Made by a program: the position numbers and the translations under genes. 64,000 bases of DNA from Dehalococcoidia bacterium UBA5748 (GTDB taxonomy: Bacteria > Chloroflexota > Dehalococcoidia > Dehalococcoidales > UBA5627). Location: positions 5,381 through 69,380 of the forward strand of contig DIFM01000026.1 in the NCBI GenBank assembly GCA_002419135.1, in the 5' to 3' direction. Shown piece after piece: positions 1 to 10,366 of the stretch; position 1 is the stretch's first letter, and every line of letters starts with the position of its first letter. Below the pieces are notes generated by a model. That model made no database searches. It was given only the letters and a program-made list of their open reading frames with translations, and was not told where the DNA came from.

Positions 1-134
1 TACTGTGGGGGCAGGGCTTTGCAGCCAACGGCGCCCGCAGATTTACCGAGGCTGAAGCTAAACGCACCGGTCTTTTTATTGAAGACGGGTATAACATAAT
101 GACTACCCTTGTGGAATAAGGTCTTTGGAATAAA

Positions 135-935
135 ATGAGAGATAGAGAAGACGAAGTAACTGTCAGCAGAGGTACCTTATATTGTGAGGTGCACGAACGT
201 TATTATAGGGTTGATACCGGCTGCGTGCTGTGCAGTCTGGTAAGGGGTGAAGTAAACCCGATCGACGCGGTAAAAGAAGCACCGGTTGAAAGCCCCCTGA
301 TACCGACAGATAAATGTCATTACTGCGGGAAAGACTCTCTTGCCTGGAATCCCGGTATTAATATGTTCGAATGCTGTAACCCTGAGTGTAAACGCAGGGT
401 TTCCCGTTTTACCAAGACCGGGTTGGGGGAACTGCTGAACGACTCTCCGGCGCCGAAGAGCCATACAGCGGTGACTGAGGACGATGCGCGTGCCGTCACA
501 CGTAATTTTGCCGTTGTTACCAAGAGACCGGGGCGCTTTATCGAAGAAGATGATTATGATAACGATATCGCCCTTCCCTGTGATGCAGAAATTGCCGGTT
601 ACTCAAAAAGCGGCAAGCGGGTGATGAACAAACAGCTGGCGACAATAAAAAGCACACTCATATTCCTGTCGTTTGTATGCTTTGGGCTGGCAATATGGGC
701 AGTTTCCCTGCTTGTAACGGCAGAAGTAAGCCCGGTCACCGGAATTATCCTTCTTGCGGTAGTATGCGGCATACTTGTATGGAGCGTTTACGGCATAATG
801 TCATTTAAAAAAATCGGTATCGGCTTTATAATTCTATTATTATTCATTATCACCGCCGGGTTTGTGCTTTCCGCGGCCGCCGGTATCGAGCCGTTTTCCG
901 GTATTGCCGACGATATTATCTGGTCGATGTCTTAA
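135..935 (+). CDS. hypothetical membrane protein with Cys-rich (zinc-ribbon-like) N-terminal half
   Basis: 266-aa ORF. The soluble N-half has paired Cys motifs (CEVH...CVLC, CHYC...CCNPEC) and the C-half has several hydrophobic helices. No family recognised. Confidence 0.55.
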   Translation: MRDREDEVTVSRGTLYCEVHERYYRVDTGCVLCSLVRGEVNPIDAVKEAPVESPLIPTDKCHYCGKDSLAWNPGINMFECCNPECKRRVSRFTKTGLGELLNDSPAPKSHTAVTEDDARAVTRNFAVVTKRPGRFIEEDDYDNDIALPCDAEIAGYSKSGKRVMNKQLATIKSTLIFLSFVCFGLAIWAVSLLVTAEVSPVTGIILLAVVCGILVWSVYGIMSFKKIGIGFIILLLFIITAGFVLSAAAGIEPFSGIADDIIWSMS

Positions 936-1042
936 TTGCGGCGGTTCCATTTTTCACTATTATGACTATTATGATACAATTCTTTTAACACTGGATAGAA
1001 TAGTTGCCCTGATAGAGAATATGCAGCCTTAGGGGATAGTAT

Positions 1043-2269
1043 ATGTCTATTGTAGTTCAAAAGTATGGCGGTTCTTCGGTAGCCGATGTAGAAAAAATCA
1101 AGAACGTTGCCAGACGCGTGGCCAAATCGAGAGACGAAGGCAACCAGGTAGTGGTGGTCGTTTCAGCTATGGGCGATACCACCGATGACCTGATAGCGCT
1201 GGCTAAAAAAGTGACGGCTCATCCTTCCGGGCGAGAATATGACCTGCTGCTATCTACCGGCGAACTGGTTTCCTGTACACTTTTAGCGATGGCACTTAAC
1301 ACCATCGGGTATCGGGCTGTCAGTTTAAGCGGTGCGCAGGCCGGTATTAAGACCGATACGGAATATAACCGTGCACATATCCTCGGCATCAGTCCGAAGA
1401 GAATTACTGAAGAATTGAACGAGGGGAATGTGGTTATTGTTGCCGGTTTTCAGGGCATTAACAAGGACAAGGACGTTACCACCCTGGGAAGGGGCGGTTC
1501 CGATACCACTGCCGTTGCTCTGGCAATCAGCCTGAAGGCTAAAGCCTGCCATATTTATACTGATGTGGACGGAGTTTTTACTGCCGACCCGCGTATGGTT
1601 CCGGAGGCTCACAGCATGCCGGAAATCGGTTATGAGGAAATGCTGGAAATGGCTACTTACGGGGCCAGGGTGATGCATTCGAGGGCGGTTGAGTTGGGGC
1701 AAATGTATAATATGCCGATACTGGTAGCCTGTAGTTTTAATGAAAATCCGGGCACATTGATTCACGGAGGAAAAGCTATGGAAATAAAAAATAAAGTAAC
1801 CGGAATTGCTCATGATATGGATATAGCCAAAATTATGGTGGTCGGAGTACCCGACCGGCCGGGCATTGCTTCGGCTATATTCGAGCCTCTGGCTACTGCC
1901 GGCATCAGCGTGGATACCATCGTGCAGAATGCCAGCATCGATAATATCACCGACCTGACTTTTACGGTGGCCGAAAGCGATATCGATAAAGCAATGAAAG
2001 TGGTAAAACCGATTGCCGAATCCATCAAAGCCCGTGAATGTATCAGCAATACAAAACTGGGAGAAATCAGCATTATCGGTACCGGTATGCAAAACGCGCC
2101 GGGTTATGCCGCCAAGATGTTTTCCGCACTCAGCGAGAGAAATATCAATATACACCTTATAACCACTTCGGAAATCCGTATAACCTGCATCGTTGACGAA
2201 GACAGAGTGGGTGAAGCGGTCAGGGCATTGCATCGTGCCTTCGAATTGGAAAAAGCCGATATCAGATAG
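1043..2269 (+). CDS. lysC: aspartate kinase
   Basis: 408 aa. N-terminus VQKYGGSSVADVEKIKNVA is typical of aspartokinase; TLGRGGSDTTA motif; two ACT-like C-terminal repeats. Confidence 0.93.
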   Translation: MSIVVQKYGGSSVADVEKIKNVARRVAKSRDEGNQVVVVVSAMGDTTDDLIALAKKVTAHPSGREYDLLLSTGELVSCTLLAMALNTIGYRAVSLSGAQAGIKTDTEYNRAHILGISPKRITEELNEGNVVIVAGFQGINKDKDVTTLGRGGSDTTAVALAISLKAKACHIYTDVDGVFTADPRMVPEAHSMPEIGYEEMLEMATYGARVMHSRAVELGQMYNMPILVACSFNENPGTLIHGGKAMEIKNKVTGIAHDMDIAKIMVVGVPDRPGIASAIFEPLATAGISVDTIVQNASIDNITDLTFTVAESDIDKAMKVVKPIAESIKARECISNTKLGEISIIGTGMQNAPGYAAKMFSALSERNINIHLITTSEIRITCIVDEDRVGEAVRALHRAFELEKADIR

Positions 2270-2290
2270 AAATAATCAATTCTTAAATAA

Positions 2291-2322
2291 AAAAGGGAAC
2301 CGAATTTTCGGTTCCCTTTCTA
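2291..2322. terminator. bidirectional rho-independent terminator between lysC and the NifU-like gene
   Basis: Perfect inverted repeat gggaaccgaa/ttcggttccc, flanked by an A-run on one side and a T-rich run on the other. It lies between convergent genes. Confidence 0.6.
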
Positions 2323-2340
2323 TTATCCGTAATTATAGTA

Positions 2341-2565
2341 CTAGTCTGCCTGAACGACTTCTTTTACTTCTGGTACTTCCTGCTTCAAGATTCTCTCAAT
2401 GCCGTTCTTTAAGGTCATTGTGGACATCGGACAGCCGGCACAGTGACCGGTAAGCCTCACTTTAACGATGCCTTCTTCCGTAACATCAACGAGTTCAACA
2501 TCACCACCATCAGCCTGCAGGCTGGGGCGAATCATTTCCAGAACTTCCTGGACTTTTTCCTTCAT
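2341..2565 (-). CDS. NifU C-terminal-like Fe-S cluster scaffold domain protein
   Basis: 74 aa. [17 protein letters not shown]...[11 protein letters not shown] matches the Nfu/NifU C-terminal domain with its CxxC. Confidence 0.85.
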   Translation of the reverse strand: MKEKVQEVLEMIRPSLQADGGDVELVDVTEEGIVKVRLTGHCAGCPMSTMTLKNGIERILKQEVPEVKEVVQAD

Positions 2566-2599
2566 TTATAACCTCTCTATTTTATTTTAAAAACAACTG

Positions 2600-2755
2600 C
2601 TACTTTTTTTCATCGTGGGGATGAGAGTGTTCTTCTTGATCGTCCTCATGGGTGTGAACGTGAACATGTTCGATGGTGGCACCTTCTTGAGGATGAGTAT
2701 GGGGATGGGTATGCTGTACCTTTTTCGGCTGACCGCATCCGCAATCTTTACACAT
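2600..2755 (-). CDS. small Cys/His-rich metal-binding peptide (HypB N-terminus-like motif)
   Basis: Internal ATG of the 2600..2815 ORF, preceded by GGAGGA. The 51-aa product begins MCKDCGCG and carries 11 His in HxH runs. Confidence 0.6.
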   Translation of the reverse strand: MCKDCGCGQPKKVQHTHPHTHPQEGATIEHVHVHTHEDDQEEHSHPHDEKK

Positions 2756-3000
2756 ATAAATTCCTCCTAAAAAACCGGAATGTTTTGCTAGACGGGAATA
2801 TAAAAAGCGTATCATAGCTCTGATACGTTGTCAATGTAACCGCCGGAAAACTATATAAAAAGGTGTTTTGGCTGTACGGATAGATGTAGGAATGCGAAAG
2901 ACAATACGCCAAATCCAAAGACATCATATTGCGTAATAATAAAATCCAAACTTTCAATTTTCAGCCGGTTTGGGTAAAATGAAACGCTGGAGATAATATA

Positions 3001-4335
3001 ATGGCAAAAGTTTGTGACAATAAATATAATACCAGGTCGAGATTTTCTGTTGTAATAGAAAATTTCCTGGCAAAAGAATCTCTGAGCGGTACTTTTTTGT
3101 TCGGCGCCGCTCTGATTGCAATGGTGTGGGCAAACTCATTTCTTGCCGGAGCCTACTTCGATTTGTGGAATACCCATATCAGCCTTGGCATCGGCAGTCA
3201 TGCTATCGATATGAGCCTGGGGCACTGGATAAACGACGGGTTGATGGCGCTCTTTTTCCTGCTCATCGGGCTTGAGATAAAACGCGAAATGATGGTCGGA
3301 GAGCTTTCATCTCTCAGGCAGGCGGCTTTCCCGGTGGTAGCAGCTATCGGCGGAGTAACCCTGCCGGCTATTTTTTATATACTGATTAACATGCAGCCGG
3401 GCGGGCAAATGTCCGGTTTTGCCATTCCGATGGCAACCGATATCGCCTTTGTGCTCGGTTTTTTATTAATACTGGGTAGCCGGGTCCCGCTGTCTTTAAA
3501 AATATTCATTACCTCCATTGCCGTGGTAGATGACCTGGTTGCTATTGCCGTGATTGCCATTTTTTATACCGGTTCCATTGACTTTACATCGCTGGGATAT
3601 GCGGCGATAGTGATTGCCGCTCTGGTGTTGATGAACCGTACCGGTATTAAAAAGCTGATGCCGTACCTGCTGTTGGGCATCGTGCTCTGGTTCTTCGTTG
3701 AATCCTCCGGTATTCACGCTACTATTGCCGGTGTGGCGCTGGCGTTGACGATTCCGGTTCGTTCCCGTATCAGCGGGAGTCAGTTCTTAAATGTGTGCAG
3801 TGTCGAGTTAGCTGATTTCAAACAGGAAGAAGATAATCGCAAAAGCATACTTCTAACTTCACGGCAGCAGGATGCCCTTGAAGAGGTTCAAGATGCCTAC
3901 GATGCGGTACAGAATCCTCTGGTGCGTCTGGAACACCAGTTGCACCCGTTTAGTGCTTTTATAGTAATGCCTATTTTTGCGCTGGCGAATGCCGGCGTTC
4001 AGATTTCGGGTGTGGAGTTTTCAATTTTGCAGCCGGTAACGCTGGGTATAATACTGGGGCTTGTTTTTGGGAAACCGCTGGGAATTATAGGTTTTACCTA
4101 TATCGCCTCCCGTTTTGGCTGGGTAAAAAAACCGGACACGCTCTCATGGCGGCATATAATCGGCGCCGGTTTGCTTTGCGGTGTCGGGTTTACAATGTCC
4201 ATATTTATCACAAACCTGGCCTTTGAGGATGCCGCTATGATTTCGCTTGCCAAACTCACCATCGTTGCCTGTTCTTTGCTTATGGGAATTATCGGGGTAC
4301 TCTATCTGCGGCGTGCCTGTAAAGAGAACAATTAG
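3001..4335 (+). CDS. nhaA: Na+/H+ antiporter NhaA
   Basis: 444 aa, collinear with E. coli NhaA (WINDGLMALFFLLIGLEIKRE, ATDIAF, VVDDL, HATIAGV). Confidence 0.92.
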   Translation: MAKVCDNKYNTRSRFSVVIENFLAKESLSGTFLFGAALIAMVWANSFLAGAYFDLWNTHISLGIGSHAIDMSLGHWINDGLMALFFLLIGLEIKREMMVGELSSLRQAAFPVVAAIGGVTLPAIFYILINMQPGGQMSGFAIPMATDIAFVLGFLLILGSRVPLSLKIFITSIAVVDDLVAIAVIAIFYTGSIDFTSLGYAAIVIAALVLMNRTGIKKLMPYLLLGIVLWFFVESSGIHATIAGVALALTIPVRSRISGSQFLNVCSVELADFKQEEDNRKSILLTSRQQDALEEVQDAYDAVQNPLVRLEHQLHPFSAFIVMPIFALANAGVQISGVEFSILQPVTLGIILGLVFGKPLGIIGFTYIASRFGWVKKPDTLSWRHIIGAGLLCGVGFTMSIFITNLAFEDAAMISLAKLTIVACSLLMGIIGVLYLRRACKENN

Positions 4336-4397
4336 CCATTAGTTGCTGCATAATCGGTCAAAACGTAGCGGCAGTCATATATTAGCGCAAAATGCTC

Positions 4398-4426
4398 TTG
4401 TTAAGTCTCTGATATTATGTTATTAT
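4398..4426 (+). promoter_or_regulatory. possible sigma-70 promoter of recA (TTGTTA-N17-TATTAT)
   Basis: Hexamers read by eye 16 nt upstream of the recA ATG. No SOS-box-like palindrome seen. Confidence 0.25.
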
Positions 4427-4441
4427 GGCGATAGGCGAATT

Positions 4442-5455
4442 ATGGTCACAGAAAAAGAAAAAGCACTGGAACTGGCTGTCGGTCAGATAGAAAAACAATT
4501 CGGCAAGGGCTCGATTATGAAGCTCGGCGAAGCTTTTAATAAGCCGGCAGTCGAAGCTATTCCCAGTGGTTCGCTGGCACTAGATATCGCTTTAGGTGTA
4601 GGGGGTATCCCCAGAGGAAGGATTACAGAGGTATTCGGTCCCGAGGGGTCTGGAAAAACCACACTGGGTCAGCATATAATTGCCCAGGCTCAACAACGCG
4701 GAGGTACTGCCGCATATATAGATGTCGAGCACGCGCTCGACCCTGCTTACGCAGCCAAATGCGGAGTAAATCTTGAAGATCTTTTAATTTCACAGCCTGA
4801 TACGGGTGAAGAAGCGCTTGAAATTTGTGAAGCGCTGGTAAGAAGCGGAGCTCTTGATGTAATCGTTATTGACAGCGTTGCCGCCCTGGTTCCGAGAGCG
4901 GAAATCGAGGGGGAAATGGGCGATGCTCACGTTGGATTACAGGCCAGATTAATGTCACAGGCGCTGCGAAAACTGACGGCGGCTATCGGCAGGTCGGGAA
5001 CCGCGGTAATCTTCATCAACCAGCTGCGAGAGAAAGTGGGCATTATATTCGGAAACCCGGAGGTAACACCGGGCGGGCGGGCTTTGAAGTTCTACAGCTC
5101 TGTCAGGATAGACCTGAGAAGAGTAGAAACAATCAAGCAGGGTAATACCGCTACCGGTACGCATGTTAAAGCTAAAGTGGTTAAGAACAAGGTTGCCCCT
5201 CCCTTTAGAGTAGCCGAATTCGACATTATGTTCGATTCGGGTATAAGCAAAGAGGGCAATATAGTTGATCTGGGTGTCGCGGCGGATATAATAAAGAAAT
5301 CCGGGGCTTTTTACTCATATGGTGACATTCGTCTGGGACAAGGTAGAGAGAGCGCCAAGAAATATCTGAAGGACAATCCCGAACCGGCTATCGAGATTGA
5401 ACAGAAGATAAGAGCCTCGGCCGTCACCGGATTCAATGTTTCTAACGATGATTGA
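4442..5455 (+). CDS. recA: recombinase RecA
   Basis: Start moved to Met34 of the ORF ([26 protein letters not shown]). Walker A is GPEGSGKTT, and the protein is RecA-like throughout. Confidence 0.95.
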   Translation: MVTEKEKALELAVGQIEKQFGKGSIMKLGEAFNKPAVEAIPSGSLALDIALGVGGIPRGRITEVFGPEGSGKTTLGQHIIAQAQQRGGTAAYIDVEHALDPAYAAKCGVNLEDLLISQPDTGEEALEICEALVRSGALDVIVIDSVAALVPRAEIEGEMGDAHVGLQARLMSQALRKLTAAIGRSGTAVIFINQLREKVGIIFGNPEVTPGGRALKFYSSVRIDLRRVETIKQGNTATGTHVKAKVVKNKVAPPFRVAEFDIMFDSGISKEGNIVDLGVAADIIKKSGAFYSYGDIRLGQGRESAKKYLKDNPEPAIEIEQKIRASAVTGFNVSNDD

Positions 5456-5503
5456 CCCGTCATGATTTGATGAGTTAATAGAAATAAGATAACCGGGCGT
5501 GAT

Positions 5504-5530
5504 AGAGCTGAGGCAGGTTGCCTCGGCTCT
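5504..5530 (+). terminator. hairpin between recA and recX (possible attenuating terminator)
   Basis: agagctgaggc / gcctcggctct stem with one G-U pair, followed by gcttgttt. The T-run is weak. Confidence 0.35.
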
Positions 5531-5557
5531 GCTTGTTTATAAGGGGTAACCTGTTAA

Positions 5558-6232
5558 ATGAGTAAGATATCCGGTTTGATTAAAGGCTCCGGTCGCGGTA
5601 AAACAATCAGGTTGTTTTTAGACGGTAAGTTTGCCTTCAGCCTGCAGGAAGAGGTTGTTTTAAACGAAAGGCTCGAGGTGGGTACGGAGTTGTCCCAACT
5701 CCGCATCGAATCTTTGCGGGAGAACAACCGTTATCAAAAATGCCTCGATACAGCCTTACGGCTTCTCAGTTACAGGCCCCGTAGTGAACGCGAGATAACC
5801 ATGCGCTTGCAGCAGCGCGGCTTTTGCGAAAAAGATATTCAAGCCGCCTTATCCAATCTTAAGAAAATTGGCCTTATCAATGACAAGGATTTTGCCCGCT
5901 TCTGGAGGGATGACAGGCAATCTTTCAATCCGCGCAGCCGCAAAATGACGGAAAGGGAGCTCAGGCAAAAGGGAGTTTCGCTCGATATTATTGAAGATGA
6001 GGTAAGCTCTATTGATGATACTTCAAATGCTTACCGGGCGGCGCTTAAATATGCCCGCAATTTAAATACTGCTGATTACCCGGGCTTTCGCCGTCGTTTG
6101 GGGGAATACCTGAGACGGCGCGGCTTTGGTTATGATGTCATAAACGCTACTGTTACACGTTTATGGAATGAAAGAGAGAGGGGTGAGGCGGTTGACTTTT
6201 CTGAAGCTCAATCAAGAAGCGAAGGATATTAA
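5558..6232 (+). CDS. recX: recombination regulator RecX
   Basis: 224 aa directly downstream of recA. Repeated three-helix RecX modules (LSYRPRSEREI..., KDFARFW...). Confidence 0.85.
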   Translation: MSKISGLIKGSGRGKTIRLFLDGKFAFSLQEEVVLNERLEVGTELSQLRIESLRENNRYQKCLDTALRLLSYRPRSEREITMRLQQRGFCEKDIQAALSNLKKIGLINDKDFARFWRDDRQSFNPRSRKMTERELRQKGVSLDIIEDEVSSIDDTSNAYRAALKYARNLNTADYPGFRRRLGEYLRRRGFGYDVINATVTRLWNERERGEAVDFSEAQSRSEGY

Positions 6233-6281
6233 CCGTCCGTCGACACCCGGACCTAAAAATAATATAGGAGGAATATAATAA

Positions 6282-7820
6282 ATGGGTATTACAGAGATAT
6301 TAGCTATATTTTTTAGCTTTGTAATCGGTGTTATATTTGGCGGAATGGCTATGTTTCTCTCAAGAAGTATGCTAGCAAATCACCAGATTCGCATCGCCCA
6401 AAGAAAAGCAGCCAAGATACTGGCGGAAGCCAGAACTGAGGCAAAAGATATTCTGGATGAGAACAAGAAAGAAATAGACAAGCTTAAATTAATGAATGAA
6501 GCCGAATACAAGGAGAGAAGAGCGGAAATACAGAGACAGGAAAATCGGCTGACACAAAAGGAATCATCGCTCGAACACAAGCTGGAAGATGCCGTTGGGC
6601 GCGAACGCAATCTGATTGCAAAAGAGAAAGAACTGGAGTCTATTAAAGACAATCTGGCTGAGGTAAAAGAAAATCAGTTGAAACAACTCGAACTGATTTC
6701 AAGCCTGACCAGCGATGAAGCCAAGCAGATGCTTTTAGACAAAGTCGAGGTTGAAATCCAGGAAGAAGCGGGACGACGTCTTCGCGATTGGGAAATTAAA
6801 ATCAAAGAAGAAGCGGACGAGAAAGCGCGCGGCATTTTATCGCATGTAATACAGCGCAGCGCCTCGGAAATCGTATCCGAAACCACTGCCAGCGTTGTCA
6901 ACATACCCAATGATGAGATGAAAGGCAGGCTTATCGGCAGGGAAGGCCGCAATATCCGTGCTTTGGAACAGGCGACCGGTGTCGACCTTATAATCGACGA
7001 CACACCGGAAGCGGTAACCATATCGAGCTTCGACCCGGTACGCCGTGAAATTGCCTATCAAGCCCTTAGTAAACTGATTTTGGACGGACGTATCCATCCG
7101 GCGCGTATCGAAGAAATCGTTGCCAAGACCAAAGAGGAAGTTGAAACAGCTATGGTACAGGCCGGAGAGCAGGCTGCTTTGCAGGTCGGTGTTACCAGGC
7201 TGCACCCCGAGCTTATCAAGCTGCTGGGGAGGCTGAAATATAGAACCAGTTACGGTCAGAATGTGCTGGCTCACAGCATCGAGGTTGCCCACTTTTCGGG
7301 GATGATAGCAGCTGAACTGGGTGTAAATGTAGCCCTGGCAAAGCGTGCCGGGCTGTTGCACGATATCGGCAAGGCGGTCGACCGTGAAATAGAGGGTACG
7401 CATGCCGCTATCGGCGCTGACCTTGTGAAACAATGGGATAAATCCAAGGAAGTTGTCAAGGGTGTAGCCGAACACCATATGGAAACCGGCGATACCAGCA
7501 TCTGGGGCTTTATAGTCTCAGCGGCAGACGCTATTTCAAGTGCCAGGCCGGGTGCCAGGCGCGAATCCCTCGAGAACTATCTCAAACGTTTGAAATCTCT
7601 GGAAGAAATTGCCGATGGGTTCAAGGGTGTCGATAAATCGTATGCCATTCAGGCCGGACGCGAAGTGCGTATACTGGTCAAACCGGATGAGGTTGATGAT
7701 TTATCCGCAATGAGGCTTGCCCGTGATATCGTCAAGAAAATTGAGGACAGTCTCGAGTACCCGGGTCAAATCCGAGTGATTGTCCTGCGCGAAACCAGGG
7801 CTATTGATTACGCTAAATAG
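6282..7820 (+). CDS. rny: ribonuclease Y
   Basis: 512 aa with an N-terminal TM helix, a long coiled coil, a KH domain ([15 protein letters not shown]) and an HD domain (LLHDIGKA). Confidence 0.93.
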   Translation: MGITEILAIFFSFVIGVIFGGMAMFLSRSMLANHQIRIAQRKAAKILAEARTEAKDILDENKKEIDKLKLMNEAEYKERRAEIQRQENRLTQKESSLEHKLEDAVGRERNLIAKEKELESIKDNLAEVKENQLKQLELISSLTSDEAKQMLLDKVEVEIQEEAGRRLRDWEIKIKEEADEKARGILSHVIQRSASEIVSETTASVVNIPNDEMKGRLIGREGRNIRALEQATGVDLIIDDTPEAVTISSFDPVRREIAYQALSKLILDGRIHPARIEEIVAKTKEEVETAMVQAGEQAALQVGVTRLHPELIKLLGRLKYRTSYGQNVLAHSIEVAHFSGMIAAELGVNVALAKRAGLLHDIGKAVDREIEGTHAAIGADLVKQWDKSKEVVKGVAEHHMETGDTSIWGFIVSAADAISSARPGARRESLENYLKRLKSLEEIADGFKGVDKSYAIQAGREVRILVKPDEVDDLSAMRLARDIVKKIEDSLEYPGQIRVIVLRETRAIDYAK

Positions 7821-7833
7821 AGGTTAATATAAT

Positions 7834-7939
7834 TTATTCCCGTTACAATCCTTCGACAGGCACAGGACGAACGGGAATAAACAATTCGTGGTGAGAGGTT
7901 AATAAAATCGTTCGTGGTGAGCTTGTCGAACCATAACGG
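7834..7939. repeat. mosaic intergenic repeat block (hairpin plus inverted copy of the 57-nt ggttcgac...caccacgaacgg element)
   Basis: An 11-bp inverted repeat ttattcccgtt/aacgggaataa encloses ccttcgacaggcacaggacgaacggg. Positions 7884-7939 are the reverse complement of the elements at 11130-11188 and 20076-20132. Confidence 0.8.
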
Positions 7940-8040
7940 TTTGGATGCTAAATTGGGAAAATTTTGAGTCTAATATGAAATTTGAAATAATTGAGAGGTT
8001 TTAACAGGGGCATTAAGTATCAGTCCTGTTAAGAAAAGAA

Positions 8041-8811
8041 GTGTTAGTATTATCAATCGGAGATATAATCGGAAGACCCGGTAGGCAGGCGATTGAAAAA
8101 TTATTGCCCGACTTGAAAAAGGGGTATAAACCGGACCTGGTGATTGCCAACGGCGAAAATGTCGCCGGCGGTATCGGTTTGACAAAGCTGACCGCGGAAG
8201 ACCTGCTTAAAGCAGGTGTGGACGTTATTACCTCCGGCAACCATATCTGGGCACAGAAGGACATTCTACCCTGTCTCGACAGCGATATGCCGATAATCCG
8301 CCCTATGAACTATCCGCCCGGATTGCCCGGTAACGGGTACATCGTCTTCCAAAAAAAGGCGGTGGTGGTCAATCTGATCGGCAGAACCTTTATCGGCAAT
8401 TTCGATTGCCCATTCCGTGCTATGGATGACCTGCTGGAAAGACTTGCCGGACAGTATAAAATCATCATCATCGATTTTCATGCCGAAGCGACATCGGAAA
8501 AGATGGCTCTCGGGAGATATCTGGACGGGCGCGTCAGCGCCATACTGGGTACTCATACTCACGTCGGTACCATAGATTCCCAGATTCTGCCTCAGGGAAC
8601 GGCTTATGTTACCGATATCGGTATGACAGGGCCGGTAGATTCGGTCATCGGTGATGATGCCGATGCCGTTATAGAACGTTTCCTGAGCATGATTCCCAAG
8701 CGCCTTTCGGTCGGTAAGGGAAAGGTATTATTTACAGGTATTTTGACAGAGATAGATGATGCAACCGGAAAAGCTGTAAGCATCGAAAGAATTTCAGAGG
8801 AGATTATTTAA
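8041..8811 (+). CDS. ymdB: YmdB-like (TIGR00282-type) metallophosphoesterase
   Basis: 256 aa with a GTG start. Motifs GDIIGRPGR, ANGENVAGG and DFHAEATSEK; follows rny as in Bacillus. Confidence 0.88.
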   Translation: MLVLSIGDIIGRPGRQAIEKLLPDLKKGYKPDLVIANGENVAGGIGLTKLTAEDLLKAGVDVITSGNHIWAQKDILPCLDSDMPIIRPMNYPPGLPGNGYIVFQKKAVVVNLIGRTFIGNFDCPFRAMDDLLERLAGQYKIIIIDFHAEATSEKMALGRYLDGRVSAILGTHTHVGTIDSQILPQGTAYVTDIGMTGPVDSVIGDDADAVIERFLSMIPKRLSVGKGKVLFTGILTEIDDATGKAVSIERISEEII

Positions 8812-9644
8812 TGGGACAGGTAGACCTTCACGTTCATACGTCTGTTTCCGACGGCAAATACACTCCTGAAGAAATAGTCCGAAAAGCTGCCGACGTCGGG
8901 TTGAAATATCTGGCGATTTGCGACCACGATACGGTGGACGGGGTTGCTGCGGCAATCGAATCCGCCAAAAGTTATCCTCAGCTTACTGTCATCCCCGGAG
9001 TCGAGATGAGCACTCTGGCCGTTGGCAGCGAAGTGCATATGCTGGGTTATTTTGTGGACTACACTGACGTCGATTTTAAAAATATCCTTGCCGAGGTCAG
9101 CGACTCCCGTATCGGCAGAGCGCAGGCTATGGTAGACAAGCTCAATGAAATGGGTATGAAAATAGAATGGTCACGCGTACAGGAACTGGCAGGTGACGGC
9201 ACTATCGGACGCCCGCATATCGCAAATGCCATGCTGGAGAAGGGCTACGTTTCCACTTTCAAAGAAGCTTTCGATAAGTATATTGCGCAGGGCGGTCCGG
9301 CTTATGTCGAGCGTAGTAAGATAACTCCTGTTGAAGCAGTTAAAATAATAATAAAAGCCGGAGGATTACCGGTTTTGGCACACCCCTTAACCGTAAATGA
9401 GCGCGAGAAATTGATTGCCGAACTGAAAGAAGCCGGACTGGTCGGGATGGAGGTTTACTACGATAACTATTCCCCAGATGAAAGGAAAACGCTGGCAAAG
9501 CTGGCGGCAAAGTACAGTCTGATAGCTGCCGGCGGCAGTGATTACCACGGCATAGACGATGCAGTAGAAACGCTGCCGGGTGAATCCGAAACACCTTTAG
9601 AAGCGGCGGAGAAGTTGATAGCTCTATCCGGACAAAAAGTCTGA
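8811..9644 (+). CDS. PHP-domain phosphoesterase (TrpH/YciV-like)
   Basis: 277 aa. VDLHVHTSVSDG...ICDHDT is a PHP motif. The ATG overlaps the ymdB stop (TAATG). Confidence 0.85.
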   Translation: MGQVDLHVHTSVSDGKYTPEEIVRKAADVGLKYLAICDHDTVDGVAAAIESAKSYPQLTVIPGVEMSTLAVGSEVHMLGYFVDYTDVDFKNILAEVSDSRIGRAQAMVDKLNEMGMKIEWSRVQELAGDGTIGRPHIANAMLEKGYVSTFKEAFDKYIAQGGPAYVERSKITPVEAVKIIIKAGGLPVLAHPLTVNEREKLIAELKEAGLVGMEVYYDNYSPDERKTLAKLAAKYSLIAAGGSDYHGIDDAVETLPGESETPLEAAEKLIALSGQKV

Positions 9645-9677
9645 TCTGCATTCAAAATCCGGTAATACGGGGTATAT

Positions 9678-10358
9678 ATGGTCCTTGAGTTTATATTATT
9701 GCTGATTGCAGGTTATATTTTAGGCTCGATACACGCCGGATACCTGCTGTCGAAGTGGTTTTATCACATAGATATACGGGAGCACGGCACCGGAAAAATC
9801 GGCGCTTCAAACGTTATGCGCGTCACATCGAAGTGGCTGGCAATACCGGTAACGCTGTGCGATATAGGCAAAGGCGCTCTGGCAGTCTGGCTTGCTCAAC
9901 TGGTTGGTCTGGAAGGTTGGGCGCAGGTTACCGTCGGTCTTGCGGCCATTATCGGTCATAACTGGCCGGTTTTTCTTAATTTCAAGGGGGGGCGGGGTAT
10001 TTTTACCAGCCTGGGAGTGATTACAATGATATCCCCCATAATAGGACTTATCGTGCTGGTGGTAACATATCTGTTTGCGCCGGTTAAACAAGTGGCATTC
10101 GGTGTTTTCCTTGCGTTGTTCTCACTGCCCTTTTTAAGCTGGTTTTTATATCAGCCTTTCGGCGTGGAAGACAGGCTGGGTGTAACGCTGGGATTTGTTG
10201 CTCTAGCTTTAACTGCTTTTTTTACAAGGTTGGCTGTTCCAAGGACTGAGCTTGGTCGCGAAACACCGGTGGCAGAACTGTTTCTCAACCGCCTGTTTCT
10301 CGACCGGGATATCAGGGATGCCAAAGCCTGGCTCAACCGGAAAAAAGGAGATAATTAG
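9678..10358 (+). CDS. plsY: glycerol-3-phosphate acyltransferase PlsY
   Basis: 226 aa polytopic protein with GSIHAGYLL...GTGKIGASNV...HNWPVFLNFKGGRG motifs. Confidence 0.9.
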   Translation: MVLEFILLLIAGYILGSIHAGYLLSKWFYHIDIREHGTGKIGASNVMRVTSKWLAIPVTLCDIGKGALAVWLAQLVGLEGWAQVTVGLAAIIGHNWPVFLNFKGGRGIFTSLGVITMISPIIGLIVLVVTYLFAPVKQVAFGVFLALFSLPFLSWFLYQPFGVEDRLGVTLGFVALALTAFFTRLAVPRTELGRETPVAELFLNRLFLDRDIRDAKAWLNRKKGDN

Positions 10359-10366
10359 TACATAGC

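Noticed and set aside
936-1042. Lysine riboswitch upstream of lysC
   Set aside because: The leader is only about 100 nt, AT-rich and lacks the L-box conserved helices.
1325-2233. 302-aa ORF antisense to lysC
   Set aside because: It lies entirely inside and opposite a gene with unmistakable aspartokinase motifs. The translation is low-complexity with no recognisable motifs, as expected of an antisense frame lacking stop codons by chance.
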